From Lingula anatina (taxonomy: Eukaryota > Animalia > Brachiopoda), in the NCBI GenBank assembly GCA_051362555.1, contig CM120640.1, positions 37,715,967-37,779,966 of the forward strand: a stretch of DNA of 64,000 nucleotides, read 5' to 3'. The notes under the pieces were generated by a model. The model saw only the letters and a program-made list of their open reading frames with translations, was not told where the DNA came from and did no database searches. Positions 14,601 through 27,124 of the stretch are shown here, piece by piece (within the stretch, counting starts at the first letter, position 1; each line of letters begins with the position of its first letter). Position numbers and translations under genes: made by a program.

Positions 14601-17600
14601 TTTGGAGCAATAACAGAGCTTCGTTGTGCTTGTGAACATTTGGCTACATAAATGGTTTTCTTTAACATTTGTACATGCCGTGAACTGCTATTAGACTGCA
14701 GACAGTCCATTTTCTTTTCTTAATTTATATTGTTCGATCACAGTTACGAAAAACGAAACACGACACAATTTAAACGTATAACAACAATCGAAAAACTTTT
14801 TTGTACCTGAGAGATTCACTTATTTTCTCAAATCTTGACGCATATCAAAGATGCACCAGTCCAATTGAAAACATTGAATGCAGCCACACACATACAGTAC
14901 CTGGTATTCAGCCTTAAGAACATCTCTGGTTTTCAATTTCATGACCTCAAAAATGTCCTCTACGGGGATTTCTGTGCTTTGATCAATATTGCCATAGAGA
15001 TGCTCGTCGTCGGCGTCTTCATACATATTTTCTCTCGACAATTCTTCTACAAGTTCATCTGAAGCTATAAAAGTTAAATCAGAGATATTTTAGGTTTCCC
15101 TTGGAAGGCAGTATTTGTGTACTTACAACACATATTTACTATTTAGTATATTACCTTCTTTTCCTTGCAGGTCGGAAAAGGCGTCAATTCCATTTGATTC
15201 GTTACGGCGCTGCCTTCTGCAAGATATATATGACAGTGAGATTTGGAAATGGTTCCGATTCTCATGTAAAAAAAAGGAATTGAAATAATGAAAATGTCTG
15301 TATACCTCTTACTTGTACATGTAGTTGTTATACACTGTAAATATATGGTACATGTACCGGTAAACGTATCTACTAAGTTTGACCACTCGGTAAGTTGCAC
15401 TTTTGTTGGCTACGCAAATACCCATGCATCCATGCATAATTTCACTTACATTTGCTTAAGTAATCGTGTATATGAATATAAATTTACCTTTTGTATATGA
15501 CAACAACGACCACAACTACCGCCACCAGAACCAGGACCCCCAACACACCTCCTGCTACAGTTCCACCATTTATACCTGTGACAGGGACAGGAGTGGGTAA
15601 GAAGAAAGGAGGCATCATATACACGAAGGAAGACAGCATAATTTAGAAGGAAACTTTCGCATTTTAAATAAAACGCCAGTAATATATAAGAGAAAAATTA
15701 AAATTTGATTCTTAAACATAAACGAATAATTTTGCATATTGTGTACTGTAGCACATTGCATCGCAAAATGTCTCATGTACATGTACAAATGTAGCCACAT
15801 GTATAATACTGACTGTACAGTTCATTCTGAATTGAGACGTCTTTTTCCATACTCGTTGTTGCCCGAATTAGATCACTATACTCGCCATAGCCGACAGCAG
15901 TTTTGGCACGAATCTATAAAGACAATAATGCTCAGGATGAAAAATACCAGTACATGGAGGACTGAGGAGTAGACTTACATTGTCCAGTGCAATGCCACCC
16001 AAAACATTTTTTTTTCATAAAATACATTGGAAGCTTCATGACAATACAGCGGTGATTCTGTGTGAAATATACTTACTCGAATCATGTACGTGGAATTGAA
16101 CTGCAAATTGCCTATTATTTTACTAGTAATATCTTCACCAGTCACTGTTTCTTCCCACTGGCCGGGTTGTTGAGTGTAGGATATCTGGTAACTGACGATA
16201 ACGCCACCTGGAGGGGAAGGGGCACGCCATGTTATCTCTATGGAGCTATATCCAGTAGATGTTACATTTGGGGCCTTCATCTTTGGTGGAACTGTAACAT
16301 AAAATAATTATATTTTGCAAAAAATCTCCATCAGTTCATTTTCTGAAAATAGTGATTAATAAGCTCATGGTAATTATATTTAAGAGAAAATATAACATTT
16401 TTTCTTGAAAAATGAAATAAGCAATACCGGCCGGGGAGTTTTTTACATGATGATATTTTCAAGAAATTTATAACTAATTGTAAAACTTACCCCCTTCAGC
16501 TGTAGTATGCATCACAATCATTGGTGGTCCTACCAGTAGTAAGTTGTTAACTGCTGTCAGGTAGATGTTGTATTTACTAAATGTTGTGAGGTTGCTAATA
16601 GTAATCAACTGCGATTCATTTACAGGCTGAACGTCTGTTGTACCTTTGTTGAATTCTCCTTCATATCGTACGGTTAATTTTGCAAACCCGTCGCATCTAT
16701 GGACCTCTTGATTCATCCCCTAAAATTAATGGATATTTTTTAATTATCTTGAATAGTATCGATATGTGCATGAGGTCCTGCATGTGGAAAACGCCAAAAT
16801 GAACGCAAAATATGTACAGGACACGTATAGGTTTTTAATCGATTTATATCATCTTTATTTTGAGGGTTGGCTAAAATATAATGGCACAATCACAATTGGT
16901 GACATCCTCTTTAACCATACTATAAGTTAATGTAATTTGAAGAAAAATAATCACGTATTATAAATTTTCTGTGCAAGTATTTCTAGTACACCTGAATAAC
17001 TTTCTCAGATGACCGTTTTCATGCAAAAATAAATAAATAAATAAATAATAATAACTTGCAAACAAAACACATTGTAACCAACTATCAAAGCAGCACACAA
17101 TTCGACCTTCCACGCTGTACTTCATTTGCTGCACCGCACGCATGTGTGTGTGTATCGATGAACACAGTACACTTACCGTCGTTTTTATTTCCATGTAAGT
17201 AGATCTTTTTGATGAGGTAACATAAGAGTTGATATTTGGATTGGGAGGTGCTTCGGGTTCTGAAAGTAATAATAATAATCCATAGTGACGGAATAAATGT
17301 ATTATTTTGGTCTATTATACCTGTATGTTACATAAAAATAATCTTATCAGCTGCAAGTAAATTTGAAACCATCTTACCTCCACATGTTCTTGCAGTGGTT
17401 GTCGGGCTGGGAACACCATGATATCCACCATTATTCTTTATAGTTACACTGACATTATATTCCGTGTAATGAGAAAGATGTTTGATTGTGGCTGTACGAT
17501 TTTCTGATGATACTGTCACATTGCTGGGTTGGCCACCCTGTCGCCATGCTCTAATGACGTAGCTGTGGACACTCCCAACCCCAGAGCCGGTCTGGGATGA

Positions 17601-20600
17601 CCACTTTTGCCAATTTACGGTGAGTGAATCCTGAGTCCTTGATAACACATCCGGTGCTTTGGTTAGATATGGGAGTGATGATGTGTCTGCAAAATAAAAT
17701 TAACACATGGCGAGAAAGAACGAACCAAGAATGGTATTTTTGTTTATTAAAATTCATATTGACAATACAATACAGGTATGTCAATTTAAACCATTGAAAG
17801 GCAAGTGCGGAATGCACATATTAAGTGCTATATTTAAAACACAAGGCACCCACTGTATGCGACTTACAAAAGCGCAATAAGCCTTTTGACGCTAGATGAC
17901 TAGCTGTTGACATATTTCACTTACTGAAAAGATTGTTAAACAAAAATAATACCGAAGAGCGAGCTCTTCATGAAACAAAAGAAGTCAACATCTACACATC
18001 TACCCCGGTAGCTGAAAAGGGCTTATTATATCAAGGCATAGTCGAAAATGGACTCGTGTGGTAACTAGTAAATAATGTGCCAGATAACTGGCGACTTAAA
18101 TCAAAAGGAAGAAAAGTCATAATTGTCACAGTCCATGACTGTCACATACCGACTTGACATGTCCCATTATGTCCCTGCCAGCCTACAGCACAACCAGATG
18201 TACAGACTCCATACACGGGATGACACTGTTCATTGCTATCTCTACAGTTACAGCGGTTTCTGCATTCAGGACCTAGGTTTTTATTACTACATCCTGTAAA
18301 TCAACAGATATAGTAGAATACAAAAATAGTTATATAAATAACGAGGTTCCTTTTAAAAAGTGCATCTCCAGCGGTATGGGGAAAATTTGACTGCAAATCC
18401 CTTAACACAGAAAGCATAGACTTACGCGCATCAAAATGGTTTTGAAAACAATACAAACATACACATGGGCTTTGTAAATACAGAAGTATACCAATTGTAA
18501 GCCTCAAAAATAGTAAATATTACTAATAACAGAAAAACATTTATTTATCTTTAAATTATGCACTTTTTTGCGAAATGCTCATCCTTCACATTTTGGCGTT
18601 TTGAATGCGTTTTACTTAAATATCCAGTAAGACCTAAGCTATTAACATTTTCTGAAAGTTCATGTCACCTGTAATACATGGCGAAAAATAGGCGGTGTTT
18701 GTAAAATTATGTAATATTGCATCAAAAATTACTATTTTGTGCTGTATTTTTTCTGCTTTATTTATCAAAATAATGCATTTTTAAAACTATATTTTTACAC
18801 ATCGAGATTATCAGTGTATGGCTTTGAACTATCATGGGCCGGAAGTCCCATGACAAGTACTTTTTCTTAATATCCATGTTACCTCTGGTGCATACATTTC
18901 GCGGTGATAATGTTGTTAAGCCTTATGTAACATCGCTTTAAAACTGACAAAGTAATCTTTTTGAATAATTTCCCTGTTTTATGGATGTACACATGATGCC
19001 TTTTCTGCCTTGTTTTTATTCTGTTTACAGAGAAAGAAGCACAGGCTGGTGCCACGACAAACATTATGTCTTAAGGCTGGGTCACACTGCGCTTGCAACC
19101 TTTTGGCAACCTTTTTGCAACCACAAAATCTGGCGGTCGCTTGCGATCACTTTGCAAGCTTATTAAGAAGCTGTGGCCAATTTTGATCGGCAAGCAGTCG
19201 CAAAGCGGTGGCAACAAGCAATGGTATCTGCAATCTCTTATAGACCATCTTCAAGTTATAGGTTACCAGTCGCACACCGTTTGCCGAGCGATAAACAACC
19301 TGTCTGCAACCACCTGGTGATTGAAAACCGGTTGCAGGACTGTAGCAATCGCTTGTCAACTGGTAGCAAAGACGCGCAGAATATATATGTTGCCAACTTG
19401 TGACAGTAGCTACTTTCTCATAAATTCCCCTCTCAAAAGACAAAAAAGTTCTAGTAAAACGGCTCCTTTTCAACAAGACGGGACTGCTATAATCATTGGC
19501 TTTGTTTACCTAAGAAATAAAATGAATAAAAAACTCGGAAATACTGAGTGAGACCTTGGATTGCAAGACGCCACTTGTAAGGCGATTTAAAACATTTGAT
19601 GAAAGAACTCGGACTTGAAAATCAGGAAGTTTTCATTTCCTTCCGAAAAATAGAACCATCTATGTTTGGTGAACTTTTGAAAAGACTACACCTTCACCTA
19701 ACGAAACCAGTGCTGCAATAAAAACATAAATTTGCATACGTTTTAATCCTTATTAACCTTATAATACTCTTTAATATTTTCTTGTTCAAATACTTGGTCT
19801 CTTTGAGGTCGCAAGGCCTGTGTGGTTACGGTCACACTGAACAAAAAACCTCTTTGCGACTTGCAACTATCACTGGTTGCAAAAAGGGCGGCGACAGGTT
19901 GCAACAACTCGCAAAGTATCCAAATGAACGCTGGGTTGATATCCGGTTGCGCCGGTTTTCGGTGCAGCACCGATAACCTCCTGGCGACCGAAAAAGCAAC
20001 TTGTGGTATCCAACCGGTTGCTAACAGGTTGCCGACTGCTTTGCAACTGATTTGCAACCGAATGTGTGCTTTCCCCTTTGTCTTTTTAACCCCAGGCGTT
20101 TGTCACTTACAATACAACGTAATTAAAGCGTGACAGGTCGTGTGCATCGTGTACTTTTTACACTGTCATCCTTGCAGTGAGGATACCAAGCATTGGAAAG
20201 ATGTTAAATTGTTTGTGTTGAAACTATTTTTATTTAAGATTATTGGAGACATTTACCGATCTGTGCAATTAATTGTAGATAATTTTGATGGTTGAAATTA
20301 TGATATTAAATAGCAATTATACCTTGCTGATTAATTTGTTTTTTATTTTCCGTTTTTTCTGCATTCGTGTATTTGTTTCATTGTTTATTCTGATAATATG
20401 GATTTGCAAATTTTAAATGGCATACAGCAATATATAATTGAGGTTTTCGGCACTTTATCTTTAATTTTTGCAAAATGATAAAATAAATAAACGTAGCGTC
20501 AAAAAATCGTACATTGCTTTTAGCTTCACATTAATATTTTTGGGTTAAGTTTGAAATGCGTGGTATATGAAAGCCTTGGCAATTAGTATAAAATCTTGCC

Positions 20601-23600
20601 AACAAATGCAATTTATGTTTTCTTTTTCTAAAATATTATAATTTATGATCTTGATATTTAGAAGGCATACATTACAATTTATGAAAAAAAGTCTTTGCCC
20701 AAACAGACCACCATCCTACGCCTATTTTATTTCAGTCGCTTGCAACCTTCCTGCGACATATTTTCGAATGCCTGCGATCGGTAAAAAACCTGTTAGCGAC
20801 CAAGAGACTAAAGACCGTCAATCAAGCATGCAGTTACAACTGCAACCTTCTAGCGACCTGCTGCCGACAACTTGCGACTGGTAAAAAACTTGCAAGCGAC
20901 CAGTCGACTAAATACTGTCAATCGACCGTGCAGTTGCAAATGGTATGCTACTGGTTACAGCAACCTACAGACAACCAAGAAAAGACCGATAGGCAACCTT
21001 TAGGATACCGATGTTTTTCATCTTTAGTCGCACTGGTTGTCGGTGCACAAAAAATGGCCTTCATGTGTCAACGATCGCAGGCGACCTGTTAGCAACCTTA
21101 TGCGACCACTTTAAAACCTATGGCAACCTCCTTGCGACTGAGGTTGCAAAGAGGTTGCCAAGAGGTTGCAAGCGCAATGTGACCCAGGCTTTAGGCGGGT
21201 GAGGGCTTAGGCACAGGATTTCCTCGCGTTCACATTTGCAATTTCTTGGCTGGTTGGCTGCACGTCAGTCTTGAGAGACGAGTAATGGAGATATAATGAC
21301 TGAGGAATAAAAATGCAATGACAGAGTTTGTTCCTTTATAATCGAATCTTTATCCCATATCTCCTTTCCTTTGAAAATAACCAATAAAATATCAAGAAAA
21401 GTCATTCAAAGGCTTCTCTGACATGATAATACTGAGACTATTTTGACATTTAATACCTTCATATCTGTACCCTTTAATTGTAACTTCGCAGAGTATTAAC
21501 GGGCTCTTCAGCTTCAGCTGGACAATCACGACTAGACCAATATGAGGCACTTCACACGACAATTCTGTACTTCCACCCTCAGGCACTTGCGGGCTGTATG
21601 TTGCGCATTCTTCTCTAATGCCTGCCGTGTTGTTACGTACAAATATCTGTATATCACGTAAGTAAGTGCCGGCTGAAAGTTAAGATAACATAATCATAAA
21701 CTGTGTATACCTGTAAGTATATCTGGCTAGTTGGGTTTGATAATCTAACCATGTCTAGACAAGACAAATAGAAATATGAAACATTATATTTTGACACCTT
21801 ATTTGCATAATTTTTACTAATTATGTAAATGTGTGTATTCAAAGATGGACGTTTTGTAATTTTCTGCCAAATTAGATATTTGAACCATAAATTGCAGTGT
21901 TTCCCCCTTAACAAGCCTACGTGTACATACCACATGTGTATATATGAATAAAAGGGCAGTAAGATGGGTCCAGCTTGGAAAACAGTTAAGCCTCCAATAG
22001 GGGCCCAAAGTTATAGATATATTTTTTTATTATTATCGTCGGCCTTTCTTTTCAAATATAATAATTAAATATCTTGAACCCCTAATCATAATTTAATATC
22101 CCTTGCTTTATTTTCTGCAATAACAATTAAGAATCCCCAGTCATAATTTAGTATATTGTTTTATTTTCGGCAATAACAATTAAGAGCATTATTACGCCTT
22201 CACACCGCGAGTTGAAATAAAAAAGCTACACGTATACGGTACAGAACCCAAGTTGGCTTTCATATGTTTTGGAACATACGTGGTGCGCCCTAGGGAGCAG
22301 CCTATGTGGGTAATGTTGTTCAAAGATTGATGAGCCAGTTCCATACAGAAAAATCCAATGTGACCCTATTAAAGCCCCACTGTGGACACTAATGGGCTCC
22401 AGGGCCCCGTATCTCGAAAGATTCGCTATGTTGCGCACGTGCGCAAGCGTCTCGATTCCACAACTCGCCCATACTCGTCCCATATAATACATTGTAGCCT
22501 CTATTTGATTCGCAGCGATTCGCAATACGCGATGCTTTCGAGATACGGGGCCCATGCAGGAGAGCGAGCTGAGTTGGTTCACTCTCTACAAGTGTGTTTG
22601 TGTGCGTGCGTGCGTTTTTGTTTCTGCGTCTGTGTGCTTAGTTTAGTTTAGTTTAGTTTTGTCTACAAATAGAGCATGTATAACTATAACGAAATTTTTT
22701 GTATATAGTTTGTAGAAATCAAAAAGAAAAACATTTCCCCCACTGTTTATACTTACAGTCACCGCCATCGCCTCTGTTCAGAAGTGTTACACTATAAACC
22801 ACGTACTGCTGGCCCAGGTCTACCCGCCACCAGGGGTATTCCGCTACCTCTGTGTGAGAGCACGAACCACTTCCATAGTTTACTCTAACATCCCCGTCTA
22901 TAGCACGACTTGGATGTCCGCCTGCACCTTCGTTGATTTGCTCTGCTGTTTTTCCAAGGGCAACATTATCTGAAATTAATTAATGCACGAGATTTGCTCG
23001 TCACTTCGTTATCAGACTTACGAGCTGCACTAACCTTTTGGGCCGGTTGGTAGCCATCTCTTTGTCAGCTCATAATTTACACCTAACGCCGATAAAAAAT
23101 AGTTATATAAATAATCTAAATATACACTCAGTATGTGCACAATGGCTTGCGTTTAATGTTTGTCAACAGAAAATATTCTAAAATGACGATTCATTGGAAT
23201 AATAATGGATTTATGTACTTTCCCAACAAAAAACATGCTGTACATCTCTATTCCACACAAAGTTAACTTACAGGGATACGTGTAGCCCCTAACGATGATT
23301 TCACACAACCGTAATGTTTGTTTTCCAGTTTTACGTAACGTGACGTAGCGCCCCAAGACTGGTGGATCTATACCGTGCTCTAACATTGCTTTTGAACACT
23401 GTGTATTAGGAACTCCTACAGGTCTGCATCCTGTATCTGATGCCGTGTTGTTGTTAACGCAGAGCTGGACATCTTGAAACGGGCCTGGTAAAACGATAGG
23501 AATTTAATATATTTTCTATATACCATCTAGACAGACGCTGTTCTTACTAGTAAATAAATAAGTGAAATGTGACACAAAAACATACTGTTAAAGCAGATTA

Positions 23601-25723
23601 CAAATCCATGATGTCAAACTTACATATGTCAGCAAATATTGTGGGTTTTATCAATGCAACTCTACGAATTACATATAACCCTCCTAGGTCAACACTCCAG
23701 GTGGGATTGTTCTGTAAATTCGTTTTTATACATTTCAGGTCATCAGTGCTGTTGTGTCCATCCACTGCAAGATTTGCTGGATAACTCACGTTTTCGCTAA
23801 CATTCATATAAGTACTTGACTGTGTGGCTTGCTTTCGATAGGCTAAGTTGATATTTTCTAGAATGAAAAATGACAACAATCTTCAGTGAAATTGTTTAAG
23901 GTAATATTGACTTAATATACTTATATACACAAACTTTCTGTAAAAGGTTTTTTTCCAGAAATACATGTAACTGTCTTTACTGTAGGTACCGGATTGTGTG
24001 GCTGGCTTTCCGTAGGCAATATTAATATTTTCTGGCAGAAAAATGGAGACTATGCTCAGGATTGACCTTCATACACAAAATAAAGAAACTTTGCTGAAAT
24101 CATTTTTTTTTTCACAAAAATATGCAGTCATTATACGAGATGCTCTACCACAGCCCAGTGCCTCACCAAGGGATCCGTTTTATGCCGTGATCTTTAAAAT
24201 ATAACTTCTATAATAGCCCAATACAAAAGATCTCTTAAACCCCATGCACTCACCATCTTGACATCCTATTCCCCAGGGGTTGTCCACACAGTGTTCAGGA
24301 CATGTTCTTAGAGTCCGTTGACATCTCTGTCCTTGTTTACAGAAACACCCAGTCACAGTGTCACACTGCCAGCCAAAGTAACCGTCACCTTCCATACAGC
24401 ATAGACATAGGTGCACTGGTGATAGAAAGAAGTAATAAACAGCAAAACTTTCACTCTACATACAGCAAACAAGCCATCTCCATCTTTTAACCTTAAATAA
24501 CACTTTCATTATGAACAAATCGTGCTCAAAGTGGAAAAATATGTGCATCCAGCGCCAAATGTGCAGTTGCACTATCCATCAAATACTTATGGACAGTGCA
24601 AACTGCCTAGTAAAGTGGCGAGTTATACACATAATTGGCGAATGCTTATCTATAAAGAACAAGAATTGATAGTACATTTTTATGTCTTGCTCTAAATTAT
24701 AACTGCCAGGGCTAAAAACTGCATTATAATATTTTTATTCATTGATCCATGTTTTGTTTTGCAATCGGGTTCTATTCAGTCATTTCTGCTTCACTTTGTT
24801 TTTATTACCGTCTTTTTGATACAATTGTTCTCATTCCTCCGACCTAGCACCTGATTTAAAAACGAAACCTGGTCATGTGTATATAATTCACGTTTACTTC
24901 CTCGTCGTGTCCTGGTCTGGAATATCATACTGTGGGATCCCTAGTTGTCAAAATCCATTGAAATGCTTACGTCTAAAAGAGGTCTGGGTTTAGCAACTAA
25001 AATATAATCACGGTCAAGCAACACCCTGGTTTTCAAATCATATTTTTAAACGTAATTTACAGACACAAATACGGATTTTAGGATACTGAATATAAAGTGA
25101 AGTGAAGTACTTGTATGTTAACGTTAATTGACAGTGCGGCAAGTATTTTTTCCTCATCTAAACCGCTAAGGCAGAACCCGCAGTTTGGTTAAGAAAAAGG
25201 AAGCCCGGGTCCGCCTATCTATAGTAGTCAGAAGTCATTTCATGAAGGTTAACAAATTCATGTATTGTTGAGGATAAAGCGCACTGTAAATACACCCTAC
25301 ATGTACGGAGAAAATTCATTTGTTCCATTTTACACAACACAGAAGCTTCGCCTGTAAGGTCCGACATTCTTTCTGCGATTTTCATTAAATCCCTTCGGGT
25401 CACCACAGCGTGTACACCACTATAGTATGAAAGAGCAGACATACGTCACAGTTACCAAAAATACACGTTAACAAGACGGTTAACAGCAATAGTACTCAAA
25501 CTATAGCTTTCTTATTATTTTGAGATAATGTCTGTCATTTTATATGTAATAATTCGTCCGGTTTACCTGTTAAAAATATCATCCAAACAACCAGGAAGCA
25601 AGTTATCCTGGGCAGGGCAGCCATTTCTTCCTTTACTACAGTTGACACATACCTTAGCGCACTGCTGTTGTGTTACCGGTATTGTACCTCGGGTCGATTG
25701 ACATAAAAAGATTTCTTTACGCT
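1..25723 (-). CDS. RPTP copy 1: F-type lectin/EGF/FN3 receptor tyrosine phosphatase, multi-exon; 3' end lies outside the window and the signal-peptide exon was not found
   Basis: GT-AG exons approx: 25567-25723 and 24254-24416 (Cys-rich); 23624-23857 + 23272-23484 (FTLD1); 22757-22969 + 21457-21672 (FTLD2); 18150-18293 (EGF); 17378-17686, 17177-17259, 16491-16719, 16077-16291, 15853-15913 (FN3); 15489-15575 ([24 protein letters not shown]); 15155-15216; 14901-15064; 8385-8472 (KNRF); 8121-8197 (DYVNANYID); 4300-4336; 4021-4118 (DFWRMIWQ); 3459-3578 (KCEQYW); 2689-2849 (WPDHGVP..IIIHC); 2311-2446 ([10 protein letters not shown]); 1882-2028; 1538-1637; 1200-1273; 722-856; 384-512; 1-124 (D2). 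Confidence 0.92.
1708..1751. repeat. (TAA)n microsatellite
   Basis: Read directly; source of the poly-Tyr ORF 1527-1790. Confidence 0.97.
2952..3120. mobile_element. Near-perfect hairpin MITE (~74-bp arms)
   Basis: ATAGTCAGAAAGGTTTCATTTATG...CTTCACTC / GAGTGAACAG...CATAAATGAAACCTTCCTGACTAT. Confidence 0.85.
3197..3449. mobile_element. Tourist/Harbinger-like MITE family X, copy 1
   Basis: TAA-flanked, with GATCGATC-containing imperfect TIRs; similar to 49934-50177 (inverted) and 63273-63494. Confidence 0.75.
4383..4454. repeat. (AT)n microsatellite
   Basis: Read directly. Confidence 0.97.
4597..8094. mobile_element. Helentron-associated-like (HINE) non-autonomous element carrying a tandem array
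   Basis: 5' end AACTAGAG with hairpin GAGGCGATACCGCCTC. Subterminal inverted repeat TTGTACCACCAGC (~4634) / GCTGGTGGTACAA (~8078). CGGA-type microsatellite and terminal hairpin at 8061-8088. Internal GGTCAAAGGTCA repeats. Confidence 0.7.
4800..7110. repeat. 146-bp tandem satellite in two blocks (~4800-5930, ~6215-7110)
   Basis: GGTCAAAGGTC recurs at 5095, 5241, 5387 and 5533, a period of 146. The spacer ~5930-6218 is repeated at ~7105-7393. Confidence 0.95.
8488..14651 (+). mobile_element. Degenerate tyrosine-recombinase retrotransposon (Ngaro/DIRS type) with split direct repeats
   Basis: Repeat A at ~8489-8841 and ~13040-13392; repeat B at ~12759-13040 and ~14370-14651, in the order A1-ORFs-B1-A2-B2. 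RT remnants [29 protein letters not shown] and YILDDF; RNase H-like [10 protein letters not shown]; YR-like [12 protein letters not shown]. No TSD apparent. Confidence 0.85.
9454..9830. repeat. ~75-bp minisatellite, ~5 copies, inside the Ngaro-like element
   Basis: TATACTAGG recurs at 9521, 9597, 9671, 9746 and 9820; this explains the repetitive ORF 9372-9827. Confidence 0.92.
19074..21190 (+). mobile_element. PIF/Harbinger non-autonomous DNA transposon (internal deletion derivative)
   Basis: TIRs AGGCTGGGTCACACTGCGCTTGCAACC / GGTTGCAAGCGCAATGTGACCCAGGCT; TTA TSD on both sides; GCAACC subterminal repeats. Transposase N-terminal remnant [39 protein letters not shown] at ~19537-19705. Confidence 0.88.
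21457..22969 (-). CDS. F-type lectin (fucolectin/FTP) domain 2 of copy 1 (two exons)
   Basis: [41 protein letters not shown]. The H-x26-R-x-D spacing was counted by eye and matches the F-type fucose-binding signature. Confidence 0.88.
22402..22553. mobile_element. Small MITE
   Basis: Perfect TIR GGGCCCCGTATCTCGAAAG / CTTTCGAGATACGGGGCCC. Confidence 0.8.
23272..23857 (-). CDS. F-type lectin domain 1 of copy 1, with degenerate sugar-binding site (paralog at 47860-48451)
   Basis: [43 protein letters not shown] fold motifs are present; the His and RxD are absent. Confidence 0.82.
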
Positions 25724-26563
25724 CTAGAGGATAAAAATGTAAAACAAACATACTCAGTGACGCCCCTTTTTGGGTTAGGGGTTAAGTTGAAATCCGCGTT
25801 AAGAAAATAAATATTTTTTCGGGCTTCGAATTCCCGTGTCTGCTATGAGACTCAGTGCATACATTGTTTTAATAACTTAAGCATACATATGTAACTTGAA
25901 CGAAGCATATTGTAACCTAGTTGTGTTTTTTTTTTTTCATTTAATTGGTTAGATGTGGATTTTTTCGTGAGTTGGCGGCAGTAAACGCCTTTTTATTTTT
26001 CGCAAAGTCAGAATTCATGCACTACATTATCTATACATATCTAGGGATGTTATGTGACCGTGGCGATATGATGATCACTGAAGCCTGTCCATTTAGACAA
26101 GCTTCAGTGAAGATCGAGTGCAACCTCGAGCAGCTACCCAAAAACATCTCGCTTCACTCGACATTTTTGCGTAGCGTCTCTCGGAAAACTCGGATTTAAC
26201 CATGATGTAGTCGTGAAATTCTAGACTACATCTTGGTTAAATCACTCGAGGTCTCTTAAATGCTGGAGGTCAAAGACAGATTGATCATGTGACTTTCTTG
26301 GCATCAAGAGAATAGTGACGTTGCATGCGTTATATACCTACCAGTAGACAAATTTAAAATCTCTCACACTCTTAAAAAATTAGCATAAACATTTCACGTT
26401 TAACAATCATTAGTTATAACTTTATTACACTAAGTCATATCATATGGGTATGTTTTGAAAACGGGAATTAGTTTACATTTAAGCCACACGTGCATACAAA
26501 TTATTTGAAAATTTATAACTTTTTAACGAGGGTTGTGTTATTTACCTTTTGTTTTTAAGCTGT

Positions 26564-27124
26564 TCATTCTTCATCTTTATCAGATATATCGGTAAAAATC
26601 AAATACATTCCCCTTTTGAACTTGTAATTACATGTAGCATGCTCCATGCTCTGAAAACCAGCACATGTATATTCCGAAACCGCCTCGTAGTAAAAAATGT
26701 CACCAAAACGTAGAATTATTACTCCTGTGGACTTGAAATAAACATCCGTTTGATTTTGACTGTATTCCGTAACCGCCTCGTCGTCAGAAATAACAATAAA
26801 AACTAGAATTATTACTCCCGTGAACTTGAAATAAACATCCGTTTGATTTTGACTATATTCCGTAACCGCATCGTCGTCAGAAATTATTACTCCCGTGAAC
26901 TTGTAATAATCATCCGTGTGATTTTGACTATATTCCGAAACTGCCTCGTTGTCAGAAATATCACCAAAAAGTAAATTTTTTTCTCCTTTGCACTTGTAAA
27001 AAATTAGTTTGACTATATTCCGGTCCGACGCTCCTTGTTTATCAGAAAAGTCACTTAAAAGTAGATGTTTGCCTTCTGCAGCAGGCCCAGATACATGTAG
27101 GTGTGGCTCAGCTGAGAAACGCAC
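26564..27124 (-). other. Open frame with internal acidic repeats (SDDEAVTEYSQNQTDVYFKFTGVII), function unknown
   Basis: 186-aa stop-free frame built from ~75-90-bp repeats; possible donor site near 26543; no ATG start. Confidence 0.35.

Noticed and set aside
19093-20133. Overlapping ORFs on both strands
   Set aside because: They arise from GCAACC-rich subterminal repeats of the Harbinger element and show no protein motifs.
25771-25787. GGGTTAGGGGTTAAG telomere-like motif (also at ~49481)
   Set aside because: Fewer than two true units, and shared only because the intron was duplicated.
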